In this document: positions 55,920 through 64,000 of the stretch, in pieces
How positions within the stretch are numbered: the stretch's first letter is position 1
How the letters are laid out: each line of letters starts with the position of its first letter
Source: a bacterium
Lineage (GTDB): Bacteria > Zhuqueibacterota > QNDG01 > JAFGCO01
Assembly (NCBI GenBank): GCA_016930535.1
Contig: JAFGGN010000085.1
Coordinates: forward strand, 39,281-103,280
DNA: 64,000 nucleotides
Direction of reading: 5' to 3'
Program-made: the position numbers and the translations under genes
The notes under the pieces: generated by a model
The model's input: only the letters and a program-made list of their open reading frames with translations
Told to the model about the DNA's origin: nothing
Database searches by the model: none

Positions 55920-57977
55920 ATGATCCGCTTTTTCAAAACATGCACCATCATTGCCTTCATCCTGGCTTCCGGATCCGTCCCGGCCAGAGACACCCTCACG
56001 TATGAATTCCCAAGAATCATCGTCACTGCAAACCGGTACGAGAAGCAGCTGTTTGAAACGCATTTGCCTGCCGGCCTGATTCATGAAGCACGGATCTGGA
56101 ACTCGGGATATACCGGTCTGGGAGATATTCTCCGGACAGAAGCAGGCATATCACAGACACAGACCGGTCCCTGGAGCGAAAAACCCGTGATTCGCGGTTT
56201 GTCCGGTGCGCATGTCCTGACACTCGTGGACGGGTTGAAGCTCAACGTGCTCAGGGAATACGGGGACCATGCACCGCTTGTCGACGTGGACCAGATCGAA
56301 CGGATCGAGATTATACGGGGTCCGGCTTCGGTGCTTTACGGCTCGGAAGCGGTCGCCGGTGTCGTGAACATCATAACCAAATCGGTTCATGCTTCGCCGG
56401 AGAGGATGCTGCTGAAAAGTCAGTTCGGAACGCGGATGGCTTCGGTGAATAATCAGTGGAGCCAGTTTCTGCGGGTAGAAGGGAAATATGGAAAATCCGA
56501 CCTGATGCTGAATGTCACGCATCGCAGAGCAGGTGATGTCGAGACACCTTCCGGTCCGCTGAACAACACGGCCTTTTCAGGGATGACGGCCGATCTGAAA
56601 CTGGGTTTTCATATCAAAGCTGAGCAGCGGCTCTCATTGTCCGGTCATCTGACCCGAATGGACAATGTCGGAATTCCGATCAATCCCTACGCCAAAGAAG
56701 CGGCATTCAGCATGTACGATAAAAACCGGCTGCATGCCCGGTACTTCTGGCTGCCCGTGAACAAACGGATCACGCATCTGGAATTCGGAACTTATCATGA
56801 AACCGGTGAGCGCGCGTTCGATGCCCTGATTTATCATGTACCGAAAGGGCCGCTTTACGTGAACAACAAACTGAATGCACACAGGGATGTAATGACCTCG
56901 GGAGGCAATTTTCAGATCACACTGAAACTTTTCGACAGCAACCTCCTGACAGGCGGCATCGACATTTTTCAGGAAAAGGATAAAACAAGACGCATCGCGG
57001 ATGCACAGGTTGTCGATGCCCGTGATCAGGTCAAGGCGGATCCGCCCGCCGATCTGTCCCCGCCGACTCCGAACTCCGGACGTGCGGGTGCGGCCGGGTT
57101 CATGGAAGATGACTGGCAGATCATGTCCTGGCTGTCACTGAATTCCGGATTTCGTTTCGATGCGCTCGTGAGCGAAGCCCGGGGTACGGCCGGCACACTG
57201 ACCGAGTCGGACCTGCAGAAGACGGACCGTGATTTCAGCGGGAATCTCGGAGCCGTCATACGCCTGTCACCCGCTTCCCGGTTCACGATCAATCTGGGCA
57301 GGTCCTTCAGGGCACCTTCGCTGCAGGAACGTTTTTTCAGGGGAACGGCCCAGGTGGGATTTCTTGAAGGCAATCCTGCACTTCAAAGTGAAACCGGTTT
57401 CAGCCTTGATTTTGGCTTTCGCTGGAAGACCAGCCGGCTGGAGTCCTGGCTGAACGTGTTTCAGAACAGCCTGAACAATTTTATCGTCATGAAACCGGCT
57501 TCAGCGGCCAATGATACTTTTTTCTATGACAATGTCGGACATGCCGTACTTCGCGGGATCGAGTGGCAGGCCGCCTGGAGAATCGACACACACTGGTCCG
57601 TTTACGCGAATGCCGCATATACGCGCGGCAGGGACACCGGGCTGTCTGAGGATCTTCCCAAAATTCCTCCTCTGAACGGCCGGTCTGGCGTCCGCTTTGA
57701 GAACACGGCAGGAAACCGTTGGATTTCTATTTCAGGAGAATTTGCTGCCGCACAGAACCGCGTCACGGATAACGAACTGCCCACGGACGGTTACATGCTT
57801 CTGGACCTGGATTCGGGCCTGAACCTGCAATCCCTGATCGATCCGGGATTCCCATTGTTTGTTACTTTCAATATCCATAACCTGATGGATAAAAAGTATC
57901 GGGATCACATGTCCAATGTGACCTGGTGGTCCGCCCCGGGAAGAAATTTCATACTGGGAATACGCGGGAACTTTTAA
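55920..57977 (+). CDS. TonB-dependent outer-membrane receptor
   Basis: It has a signal peptide. A TonB-box-like PRIIVTANR lies near the N-terminus. The plug domain contains VIRGLSG...VLTLVDGLKLN and IEIIRGPASVLYGSEAVAGVVNIITK. The C-terminus is NFILGIRGNF (terminal Phe). The protein is 685 aa. Confidence 0.8.
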   Translation: MIRFFKTCTIIAFILASGSVPARDTLTYEFPRIIVTANRYEKQLFETHLPAGLIHEARIWNSGYTGLGDILRTEAGISQTQTGPWSEKPVIRGLSGAHVLTLVDGLKLNVLREYGDHAPLVDVDQIERIEIIRGPASVLYGSEAVAGVVNIITKSVHASPERMLLKSQFGTRMASVNNQWSQFLRVEGKYGKSDLMLNVTHRRAGDVETPSGPLNNTAFSGMTADLKLGFHIKAEQRLSLSGHLTRMDNVGIPINPYAKEAAFSMYDKNRLHARYFWLPVNKRITHLEFGTYHETGERAFDALIYHVPKGPLYVNNKLNAHRDVMTSGGNFQITLKLFDSNLLTGGIDIFQEKDKTRRIADAQVVDARDQVKADPPADLSPPTPNSGRAGAAGFMEDDWQIMSWLSLNSGFRFDALVSEARGTAGTLTESDLQKTDRDFSGNLGAVIRLSPASRFTINLGRSFRAPSLQERFFRGTAQVGFLEGNPALQSETGFSLDFGFRWKTSRLESWLNVFQNSLNNFIVMKPASAANDTFFYDNVGHAVLRGIEWQAAWRIDTHWSVYANAAYTRGRDTGLSEDLPKIPPLNGRSGVRFENTAGNRWISISGEFAAAQNRVTDNELPTDGYMLLDLDSGLNLQSLIDPGFPLFVTFNIHNLMDKKYRDHMSNVTWWSAPGRNFILGIRGNF

Positions 57978-58172
57978 GGCATAATTATTGTAATATAATA
58001 AGATCGGCCGGGGGCCTGTTACCCACAAATCTCTCCCTCCCACAGGTCCTCGGCCGTTTTTATTCCGGTCATTCCCGAATCATTTCTCCATCGTAAACCG
58101 GTCTCTTCATTGCGGCCGAAACCGGAGCATGTATCCGGCAGCGGACATTTAAAAAAAAGCAGGACCATGCAT

Positions 58173-58700
58173 ATGAAAAATGCCGTTTATATCGCACGCC
58201 TGGGATTGATCATCGCACTGACGCTGGTGGTGCAAATCGCAGGACTTCCCCAGCCTGTCACCGGTCCTCTGATCAATGCACTGCTCTTTCTGACAACGAC
58301 TGTACTGGGATTGTCTGCCGGATTGATACTCGGATCATTCACACCGCTCGCCGCCCTGATCAGGGGCCAGCTCCCGGCCGTGCTTGCACCCATGATTCCG
58401 TTCATCATACTCGGAAACGCAGTGCTTGTATTTGTCTTTGACATGACCCGGAAGATGCTTCGCAGAAGATGGACATCCGGACCTGATTTCTGGGCGGCCG
58501 TGATCCTGTCTGCAGCCGCAAAATTTCTGCTGCTGGCCGCTTCGGTCAAATGGATGGTTCCCCTGATTACCGGGCATGCGCTTCCCGCCAAGCTGGAACT
58601 GGCCATGACTTTTCCGCAGTTCCTGACCGCACTTTCAGGCGGCCTGATCGGTTATTTTCTTATCCGGATATGGAAAAAGGCGGAGTATAAACAGCAGTGA
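58173..58700 (+). CDS. small polytopic membrane protein (ECF-transporter S-component-like, unassigned)
   Basis: About 175 aa from MKNAVYIARLGLIIALTLVV, with about 5-6 TM helices rich in G/A/L/P. Family not resolved. The ORF track start 58110 was trimmed. Confidence 0.4.
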   Translation: MKNAVYIARLGLIIALTLVVQIAGLPQPVTGPLINALLFLTTTVLGLSAGLILGSFTPLAALIRGQLPAVLAPMIPFIILGNAVLVFVFDMTRKMLRRRWTSGPDFWAAVILSAAAKFLLLAASVKWMVPLITGHALPAKLELAMTFPQFLTALSGGLIGYFLIRIWKKAEYKQQ

Positions 58701-58778
58701 ATGGGTGTATGGGTAAAAGTGTTGAAGCGTATATGGGTATATGGGTATATGAGTAAATGGGTATATGTGTAAATGGGG
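58701..58778. repeat. degenerate tandem ATGGGTAT 8-mer repeat (about 7 copies)
   Basis: atgggtgt atgggtaa ... atgggtat atgggtat atgagtaa atgggtat atgtgtaa atgggg, directly after the stop of the membrane-protein gene. Confidence 0.7.
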
Positions 58779-58800
58779 CCCTGCAACCCAGCTCCTGTTA

Positions 58801-58943
58801 TTGACCGCAGACAGCAGGACCGCTGACCGCAAATGCGCCGGAGAACCGGAGACGCGGTGAAACGGAGATACTGTCTTTGACCGTGGACGGCAGACCGCTG
58901 ACCGCAAATGCGCCGGAGAACCGGAGATGCGGTGAAACGGAGA
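58801..58943. repeat. two tandem copies of a 67-68 nt direct repeat (58801-58868 and 58877-58943)
   Basis: The copies share ...GACCGCTGACCGCAAATGCGCCGGAGAACCGGAGA[C/T]GCGGTGAAACGGAGA and are about 90% identical. An inverted partner of the 3' end (GTCTCTCCGTTTC, 58967-58979) and a 10-bp palindrome AAACCGGTTT (58948-58957) follow. Confidence 0.7.
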
Positions 58944-59007
58944 CTGAAAACCGGTTTCGCCTTTTCCTCCGTCTCTCCGTTTCTCAGCCCACCGTTTCAC
59001 GTTCCGG

Positions 59008-59136
59008 CCCAACGACACGACGACCCAACGACCCAAAGACCCGACGACCCGATGACCCGATGACCCAAAGACCCGACGACCCGATGACCCGATGACCCAA
59101 CGACCCAAAGACCCGACGACCCGATGACCCGACGAC
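59008..59136. repeat. tandem 8-nt microsatellite GACCC[GA]A[TCA] (about 15 copies); the minus strand reads (NNNGGGTC)n, a G3N5 array with G-quadruplex potential
   Basis: gacccaac gacccaaa gacccgac gacccgat gacccgat gacccaaa gacccgac gacccgat gacccgat gacccaac gacccaaa gacccgac gacccgat gacccgac, with a 32-nt super-period. It sits in the 3' flank of the minus-strand 1101-aa gene. Confidence 0.75.
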
Positions 59137-59170
59137 TTCTTTGTTCTTCGTTCTTTAATCTTTAATCTTT

Positions 59171-62100
59171 TTAATAACTCCCCCCCACCCTGAATCCGAA
59201 ATACATGCGGAAATCGCCGCGGTCTATATCCAGCCGGGGCACGGATACCCTGGGCCAGGCCATGATAAAATAGACCGTGGAAGGAATTCTGTAAAAATGA
59301 GCGACAGACAGGCGCAGCTCGAATCCCACATCCTGCAGCCACCGGGCATTCTCGAGTACGGTCAGGCTGATGTCGTTGGAATTCCAGGCAGTGCCGGTTT
59401 CATAAAAAACGGATCCGTACAGCCTGTCCAGATAGAGATGAAAAATCTGTTTTCCGATTGGCCGCATGAGCGGAAGCGTGTATTTGATGCGGTGTGAAAG
59501 CAGTTTGCTGCCCGTCTGTGTGAAATACGGATATCCGCGCAGCGTTTCCATGCCGCCCAGGTACAGGCGAAGCGGGAAATATCCGTCTATATCGATCAGT
59601 TCCTCTCTTGCAGGAATTCTCTGGTCCATGAAAATGCCCATGGTTTCCAGACCGAGCGTATGGCGGCGCAGTGGCAGGCTGATCAGTTCGATCCAGTTGA
59701 ACATCAGCTGATTGACCGGGAATTTCCGTAACGAAGGTATATTCGGCGGTCCGGAACCGGGACCGCTGTTTTCAATATAAATCAGGGAATCCGTGATCGT
59801 GGTCTGGAGCCGTGAATAGGCGGCATATAAAAGTCTCGCGCCGCGGGGATTGATCATGGCATCGGCCGTGGGTTTCAGCTTTGAATACTGCCAGTACAAT
59901 GACAGTTCATCACTCTTGAAAAACCGTGTGTCGAACAGGGTCATCCTGCTTTCGAGATGATACGGCATCCCCTCGAACATCAGCTCCTGTCCCTCGTAAA
60001 AAAACCGTGTCCGGTCATCCACGATCACATCTTCAGCCACGCGCCATGCATAATCACGGTGCATGAACTGAGCGCCAGCCGTCTGCCTCTGGCTGACAGG
60101 CACATCCAGACCGGCGCCGATATACGTGAAATCATAGGTGGATTTATATCCGCCCTTCACCTCCTGATCCAGTTCGACGCGCACATTGGCCAGGGTATCC
60201 ACACTTTCATCCGGATAAAATACGATAAGATCGCTTCTGAAGGAATCCTGCACATGCTGCGACTGATCGTCAAAATCGTTGATCACGCGTTTTGCATAGA
60301 ATCCGTATCCCCTGGGTGCCAGTGTCCTGTCCTGCGTCAGCAGCGCCGGAAGGCGCCGTTCATAGTACCCGCTGACCGTGTAGTTCAGATCCACGTACTC
60401 GGAATGTTTCAGTGCACGCCCGGCAAGCAGAGTGCCCGCAAAATAATCCCGGTCGAACAGGTCCCCGACCGCTGCCTGTACACCCAGATTGATCGTATTG
60501 ATCGTAAACCGGTTACCGACAAAATTCGGACTGAGACTGATAATCGGGGTCACTCCGAGCAGAGCCCACCGTTTTCCCGCTTTCCCGGTCGTGTACAGTT
60601 CCCTGACCGGTTTTCCTGTGTAAATGCGCACATAATCCCGGTGAACGGTTTCATAGGGCACGGCGGTTCCCCCGGTTTTCCAGGGCATGGCGTAAATGTT
60701 GTAATTCGCCGCATGATACCCCGAATAAACCAGGGTTTTCCCGTCCGAAGACAAAGACGGACGGAAGGCCCCGCCGATAACGGATGTGTGCCTGGATATC
60801 CGTGCGGTCGCCATGTCATATGAATAGATATTGAAAATGCCGTCCCAGTCCGAAGCGAATACAATCGCGGATCCGTCCGGCATCCAGACCGGATCCCGTT
60901 CATCCGCAGCGGAATGAACCAGTATCTGCACGGCGGATGGATCCAGAAACGCCGCACTGTCCGGAGCTTCGGCTTTTTTCGTATAGGACGGCATGTCAGC
61001 CGGGACCATCGCGATGTCCCGGTCCGCTTCTCTATAAACACTGAAAACGACAGTCTGACCATCCGGGGACCAGGAGGGGCTGTAAACCTGCGTACCGTCG
61101 TTGTAGGCAGTCAGATAGCGGATATTCGTACCGTCTGTATTCATCAGTCCCAGATTGGTCGAACCATCCTGATTCCGGACAAAAACGATACGGTTTCCGT
61201 CCGGAGAAACCGCGGGATCCCTCGCCCGCAGATTCCGGCTGATCCGGCGTGATTTTTTCTTGTCCATGTCGTAAATATAGAGATCGTTATAATTTTCTTT
61301 TCTCTTCACGTAGACGATCTTTCGGCTGTCGGGTGTCCAGGCCAGGCGGCTGTCCACCTCCTCCTCCAGTTTTTCAACGCGGCCGGTTCCGGGATCATAG
61401 ATCCTGAGATCGGTCAGTGCGAATTCGCATCCTTCGTTGGAAACATAGGCGATCCGCGACCCGTCAGGCGACAGGACAGGATAGTAATCCAGAAATCCGC
61501 CATCCACGATCAGGGTTCCCTCATCGAACTGTTCGGTCAGCGTGGACATGCGCACCGCATCCGGATTGCATTTGTAGGGGATCCAGGTTCCTGCAAGGAC
61601 CGGAGCCGGACCTGAATCCGCTTCGGACTGACGTTTGCCCGCCATATCCCAGTAACTTTCATATATGGCATATACCCAATCCTCGTACAGTTGGTCTGCC
61701 TTGATCCCCAGTACTTTTTCAATGGTTTTTTCGAAAGAAAACAGACCGATATGATGCGTGAGTGCTTCCGCCTTGTCTTCGCCGTAGGCCTGATGAATGT
61801 AATTGACCAGTGCGTAACCCTGATTGTAAATCATTTCCGAATGAAGTCCGTCTCCGGCGAACACACCCATTTCATCGTACCCGAGCAGATCCGATTCCAG
61901 CACCGCCATTCTCAGCAGCATGTCCCGGTGCGTATCCCATGAATCATAACCGTTCTGCTGGGACTCGAACTGGGCGATGCCTTCCGCATACCAGCCAGGC
62001 ACGTTCAAATGGTACATGGGCAGAGAAAAATAATAGTCGGGATTGACATTGTACCGGCCGAAATTCAGCTGAAAATAAGAAAACCATTTGTTGCGCGCCG

Positions 62101-62476
62101 CTTTCAGGGAAAATATATGCGCGAGCTCATGCGTGATCACGTTCCGGATCCAGTTGTGGGACCCCCGCAGCTCGAATTCCAGATCGGAAGCCCAGATTTC
62201 GATCTTATTCTGAGCATAACTGGCATATCCGTTTGAAAAATCCGTTTCATCATGCACCTGTACATAAATTCTGCCCACCTCGTCGAATGCATCGAATGCG
62301 GCAGCCAGGGGCGTATAGACCTCCTCCGCAACGTCCGCGACACGGCGGGCCGTATTTTCCGATCCCGGATAATAAAAAATGTGAAAATGATCCGTAAGAA
62401 TCACCGACTGTGCCCACAGCGCCTGGCCAAGGATTAAAAACAGGACAACTGAACGCATCAATTGACGGGTATTCAT
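59171..62476 (-). CDS. 1101-aa secreted protein: N-terminal HExxH (peptidase-MA-like) region, central PD40/TolB-like beta-propeller repeats, C-terminal putative beta-barrel/unknown domain
   Basis: Signal peptide MNTRQLMRSVVLFLILGQALWAQ, with the start at 62476 and an AAGGAG RBS. ITHELAHIF is an HExxH motif. At least 6 PD40-like repeats are present (YPVLSPDGSRIAYVS, WTPDSRKIVYVKR, PAVSPDGNRIVFVRN, SPSWSPDGQTVVFSV, PVWMPDGSAIVFAS, RPSLSSDGKTLVYSG). A C-terminal 450 aa region rich in Y/G/R/F ends ...YFGFRVGGSY. Confidence 0.6.
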   Translation of the reverse strand: MNTRQLMRSVVLFLILGQALWAQSVILTDHFHIFYYPGSENTARRVADVAEEVYTPLAAAFDAFDEVGRIYVQVHDETDFSNGYASYAQNKIEIWASDLEFELRGSHNWIRNVITHELAHIFSLKAARNKWFSYFQLNFGRYNVNPDYYFSLPMYHLNVPGWYAEGIAQFESQQNGYDSWDTHRDMLLRMAVLESDLLGYDEMGVFAGDGLHSEMIYNQGYALVNYIHQAYGEDKAEALTHHIGLFSFEKTIEKVLGIKADQLYEDWVYAIYESYWDMAGKRQSEADSGPAPVLAGTWIPYKCNPDAVRMSTLTEQFDEGTLIVDGGFLDYYPVLSPDGSRIAYVSNEGCEFALTDLRIYDPGTGRVEKLEEEVDSRLAWTPDSRKIVYVKRKENYNDLYIYDMDKKKSRRISRNLRARDPAVSPDGNRIVFVRNQDGSTNLGLMNTDGTNIRYLTAYNDGTQVYSPSWSPDGQTVVFSVYREADRDIAMVPADMPSYTKKAEAPDSAAFLDPSAVQILVHSAADERDPVWMPDGSAIVFASDWDGIFNIYSYDMATARISRHTSVIGGAFRPSLSSDGKTLVYSGYHAANYNIYAMPWKTGGTAVPYETVHRDYVRIYTGKPVRELYTTGKAGKRWALLGVTPIISLSPNFVGNRFTINTINLGVQAAVGDLFDRDYFAGTLLAGRALKHSEYVDLNYTVSGYYERRLPALLTQDRTLAPRGYGFYAKRVINDFDDQSQHVQDSFRSDLIVFYPDESVDTLANVRVELDQEVKGGYKSTYDFTYIGAGLDVPVSQRQTAGAQFMHRDYAWRVAEDVIVDDRTRFFYEGQELMFEGMPYHLESRMTLFDTRFFKSDELSLYWQYSKLKPTADAMINPRGARLLYAAYSRLQTTITDSLIYIENSGPGSGPPNIPSLRKFPVNQLMFNWIELISLPLRRHTLGLETMGIFMDQRIPAREELIDIDGYFPLRLYLGGMETLRGYPYFTQTGSKLLSHRIKYTLPLMRPIGKQIFHLYLDRLYGSVFYETGTAWNSNDISLTVLENARWLQDVGFELRLSVAHFYRIPSTVYFIMAWPRVSVPRLDIDRGDFRMYFGFRVGGSY

Positions 62477-62508
62477 GAAGGGCTCCTTAATCATGTACAA
62501 ATCAAACG

Positions 62509-64000
62509 TTATTCGCCCAGCTGCACATGAACCGATATATTCCCGGCGGATTTCCCTGGAAGCGGGACAACATCCCCTTCGACCGGTTCGCCGTTCACCG
62601 TAAGCCGGGTTCTGCTGCCTTTTCCGATCCGCTTTACGGTAATGCGGTATGTCCTGTCCCTGAAAATCCGCTCGGCCTCGAATCCCTGCCAGCTTTCAGG
62701 AATAACCGGATCGATTTTCAATCCGCTGTAGGTGGGCCGGATGCCCAGAATCCATTGCGTTCCGGCCACATAGGTCCAGGAAGACGTGCCTGTCAGCCAG
62801 GTATTCCGCCCCATACCGTAATTGGGGTGCTCGGGACTGCATATATTCTGGCAGTAAACATAGGGCTCCGCCATATAGACATCCGCATCCTTTCTCGCGA
62901 GCGGGGAAATCTGTGTATAATACTGATATGCGAGGTCCGCTTTTCCCAGCATGGCCGCTGCGACGATGGCCCAGGTATTGGCATGGCAGAATATGCCGCC
63001 GTTTTCCTTGGCTCCGGGCGGAAACGTGGTGGTTCCCTGAATCCGCCGGGAATACACGGAATAAGGCGGCGTCATGAGTTTCAATCCATAGGGCGTGTTC
63101 AGATGCGTATGGGCGCTTTGCATGGCCCGGATCGTTTTTTCCCGGTCGTTCAGCCCGGCCATCACGGACCAGGTCTGAGTATTCAGCGATATCTGATTGA
63201 AGGGCTCCGAATGAATCCCGATGGGCTTTCCCTCGTCATCATAAGCCCTGGCGTACCATTCTCCGTCCCACGCCTCTTTTTCGATGATACCGGCCATCTC
63301 ACGGTGAAGCGCTCCGAACCTTTCCGCATCAGCATCCTTTTTCAGATACCGGCAGAGATCCGCCAGTTCGAGAAGCGCATAACAGAACTGTTCCCCTGTC
63401 CACACACTCTCCGCCTTGCCGCTGCCATGATCGATGTTCATGGTGTCGTTCCAGTCGGAAAATCCGATTCTCGGCAGGCCCCTGGGACCACGGTGAGCGA
63501 GCGTAAAATCCACGGCCTTCATCATATGATTCCAGACGGATTCCGCTTCGCCGTCATAATATTTGACGGATTCCTCCAGATAAGCCATGTCACCCGTTTC
63601 CTTCAAATATCCGCAGGTGCCGATGATGAGCCACAAATGGTCGTCGCTGAACCACTGGGGCCAGTCCGGAATTTCCTCGGCAAGTCCGGCACCGCCCTCA
63701 CCCGTGAGCGGAAACACCTGATGCCAGGCATGGCCGTCCCTGTACTGAAGTTTCCACAGCATGTTCAGCGTCGATTTGGCATGTCCTGGAAGATTGTGCA
63801 CCGTTCCCAGTGTATCCTGTGCGGAATCCCGGGTTCCCATACCCCTGCCGAGGCCCGTATCATAACCGGAAACGAACCGCGACCAGTACAGGTTGGCGCG
63901 GCACTGAACCGCGTTCCAGAAATTCAGCATGACATTCAGTTCCATGTCGGGTGTATTCACCGTAAATTTGCCGAGATAGGCTTTCCAGTCCGCTTTCAGG
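62509..64000 (-). CDS. glycoside hydrolase family 94 phosphorylase (cellobiose/chitobiose phosphorylase-like), 5' end runs off the window edge
   Basis: The reading frame is open to position 64000 (...LKADWKAYLGKFTVNTPDMELNVMLNFWNAVQCRANLYWSRFVSGYDTGLGRGMGTRDSAQD), matching the conserved GH94 central region of cellobiose phosphorylase. The C-terminal catalytic (alpha/alpha)6 region and a beta-sandwich tail are present. Confidence 0.75.
   Translation of the reverse strand, partial: LKADWKAYLGKFTVNTPDMELNVMLNFWNAVQCRANLYWSRFVSGYDTGLGRGMGTRDSAQDTLGTVHNLPGHAKSTLNMLWKLQYRDGHAWHQVFPLTGEGGAGLAEEIPDWPQWFSDDHLWLIIGTCGYLKETGDMAYLEESVKYYDGEAESVWNHMMKAVDFTLAHRGPRGLPRIGFSDWNDTMNIDHGSGKAESVWTGEQFCYALLELADLCRYLKKDADAERFGALHREMAGIIEKEAWDGEWYARAYDDEGKPIGIHSEPFNQISLNTQTWSVMAGLNDREKTIRAMQSAHTHLNTPYGLKLMTPPYSVYSRRIQGTTTFPPGAKENGGIFCHANTWAIVAAAMLGKADLAYQYYTQISPLARKDADVYMAEPYVYCQNICSPEHPNYGMGRNTWLTGTSSWTYVAGTQWILGIRPTYSGLKIDPVIPESWQGFEAERIFRDRTYRITVKRIGKGSRTRLTVNGEPVEGDVVPLPGKSAGNISVHVQLGE

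Noticed and set aside
58801-58943. Diversity-generating-retroelement template/variable repeat pair
   Set aside because: Differences between the two copies are not restricted to adenines, and no reverse transcriptase gene is present in the window.
59008-59136. CRISPR array
   Set aside because: The units are 8 nt and contiguous with no spacers. No cas genes are present.
58635-59342. 235-aa minus ORF (and plus ORF 58877..59095) spanning the repeat nest
   Set aside because: Its periodic VVGSLGRW/VIGSSGRR sequence is simply the translation of the 8-nt tandem repeat. It overlaps the ends of both flanking genes and has no start context.

Overview
The 64-kb window is almost entirely coding and comes from a bacterium whose gene content points to the Fibrobacteres-Chlorobi-Bacteroidetes (FCB) group. 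The evidence is three proteins ending in a type IX secretion (T9SS) C-terminal sorting domain (..NYPNPFNP..), an S46 dipeptidyl-peptidase, a GWxTD-domain protein and DUF4097 putative adhesins; GC is about 53-55% by eye. The left end holds a conserved rimP-nusA-infB housekeeping operon, with infB truncated by the window edge. It is followed by a TPR protein, a CheY-like receiver, tRNA-Arg(CCT), an M20 peptidase and epmA. Next come an ECF sigma factor, a zf-HC2 anti-sigma factor and two DUF4097 genes in one operon. Further along are a lytic transglycosylase, a third DUF4097 gene, an aldo-keto reductase (YghZ-like) and the S46 peptidase. The most striking region is a 20-kb minus-strand block (19232-39302). 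It carries a tandemly duplicated three-gene module: a TPR plus CsgG/LpoB-like lipoprotein, then a giant 2100-2500 aa secreted protein, then a paralogous outer-membrane beta-barrel. Each giant protein has an N-terminal LVIVD beta-propeller, alternating choice-of-anchor-D Ig-like and LamG (concanavalin A-like) modules, and a T9SS C-terminal domain. A third small CsgG-like/TPR protein sits at the 5' end of the block. Downstream are a GWxTD protein, an ArsR regulator, a hexapeptide-repeat transferase and a third T9SS cargo with InlB-B-repeat-like domains. A five-gene signalling operon follows (a large alpha-helical protein, a degenerate HD-GYP-like protein, a PAS histidine kinase, a hybrid histidine kinase and a receiver). 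The right end carries gdhA divergent from rex with a perfect Rex operator between them, a TonB-dependent receptor, a small membrane protein, and a 470-nt intergenic nest of tandem and inverted repeats that includes a G3N5 8-mer array on the minus strand. The window closes with an 1101-aa HExxH/PD40 beta-propeller protein and a 5'-truncated GH94 phosphorylase gene. No CRISPR array, transposase, integrase or rRNA was seen.
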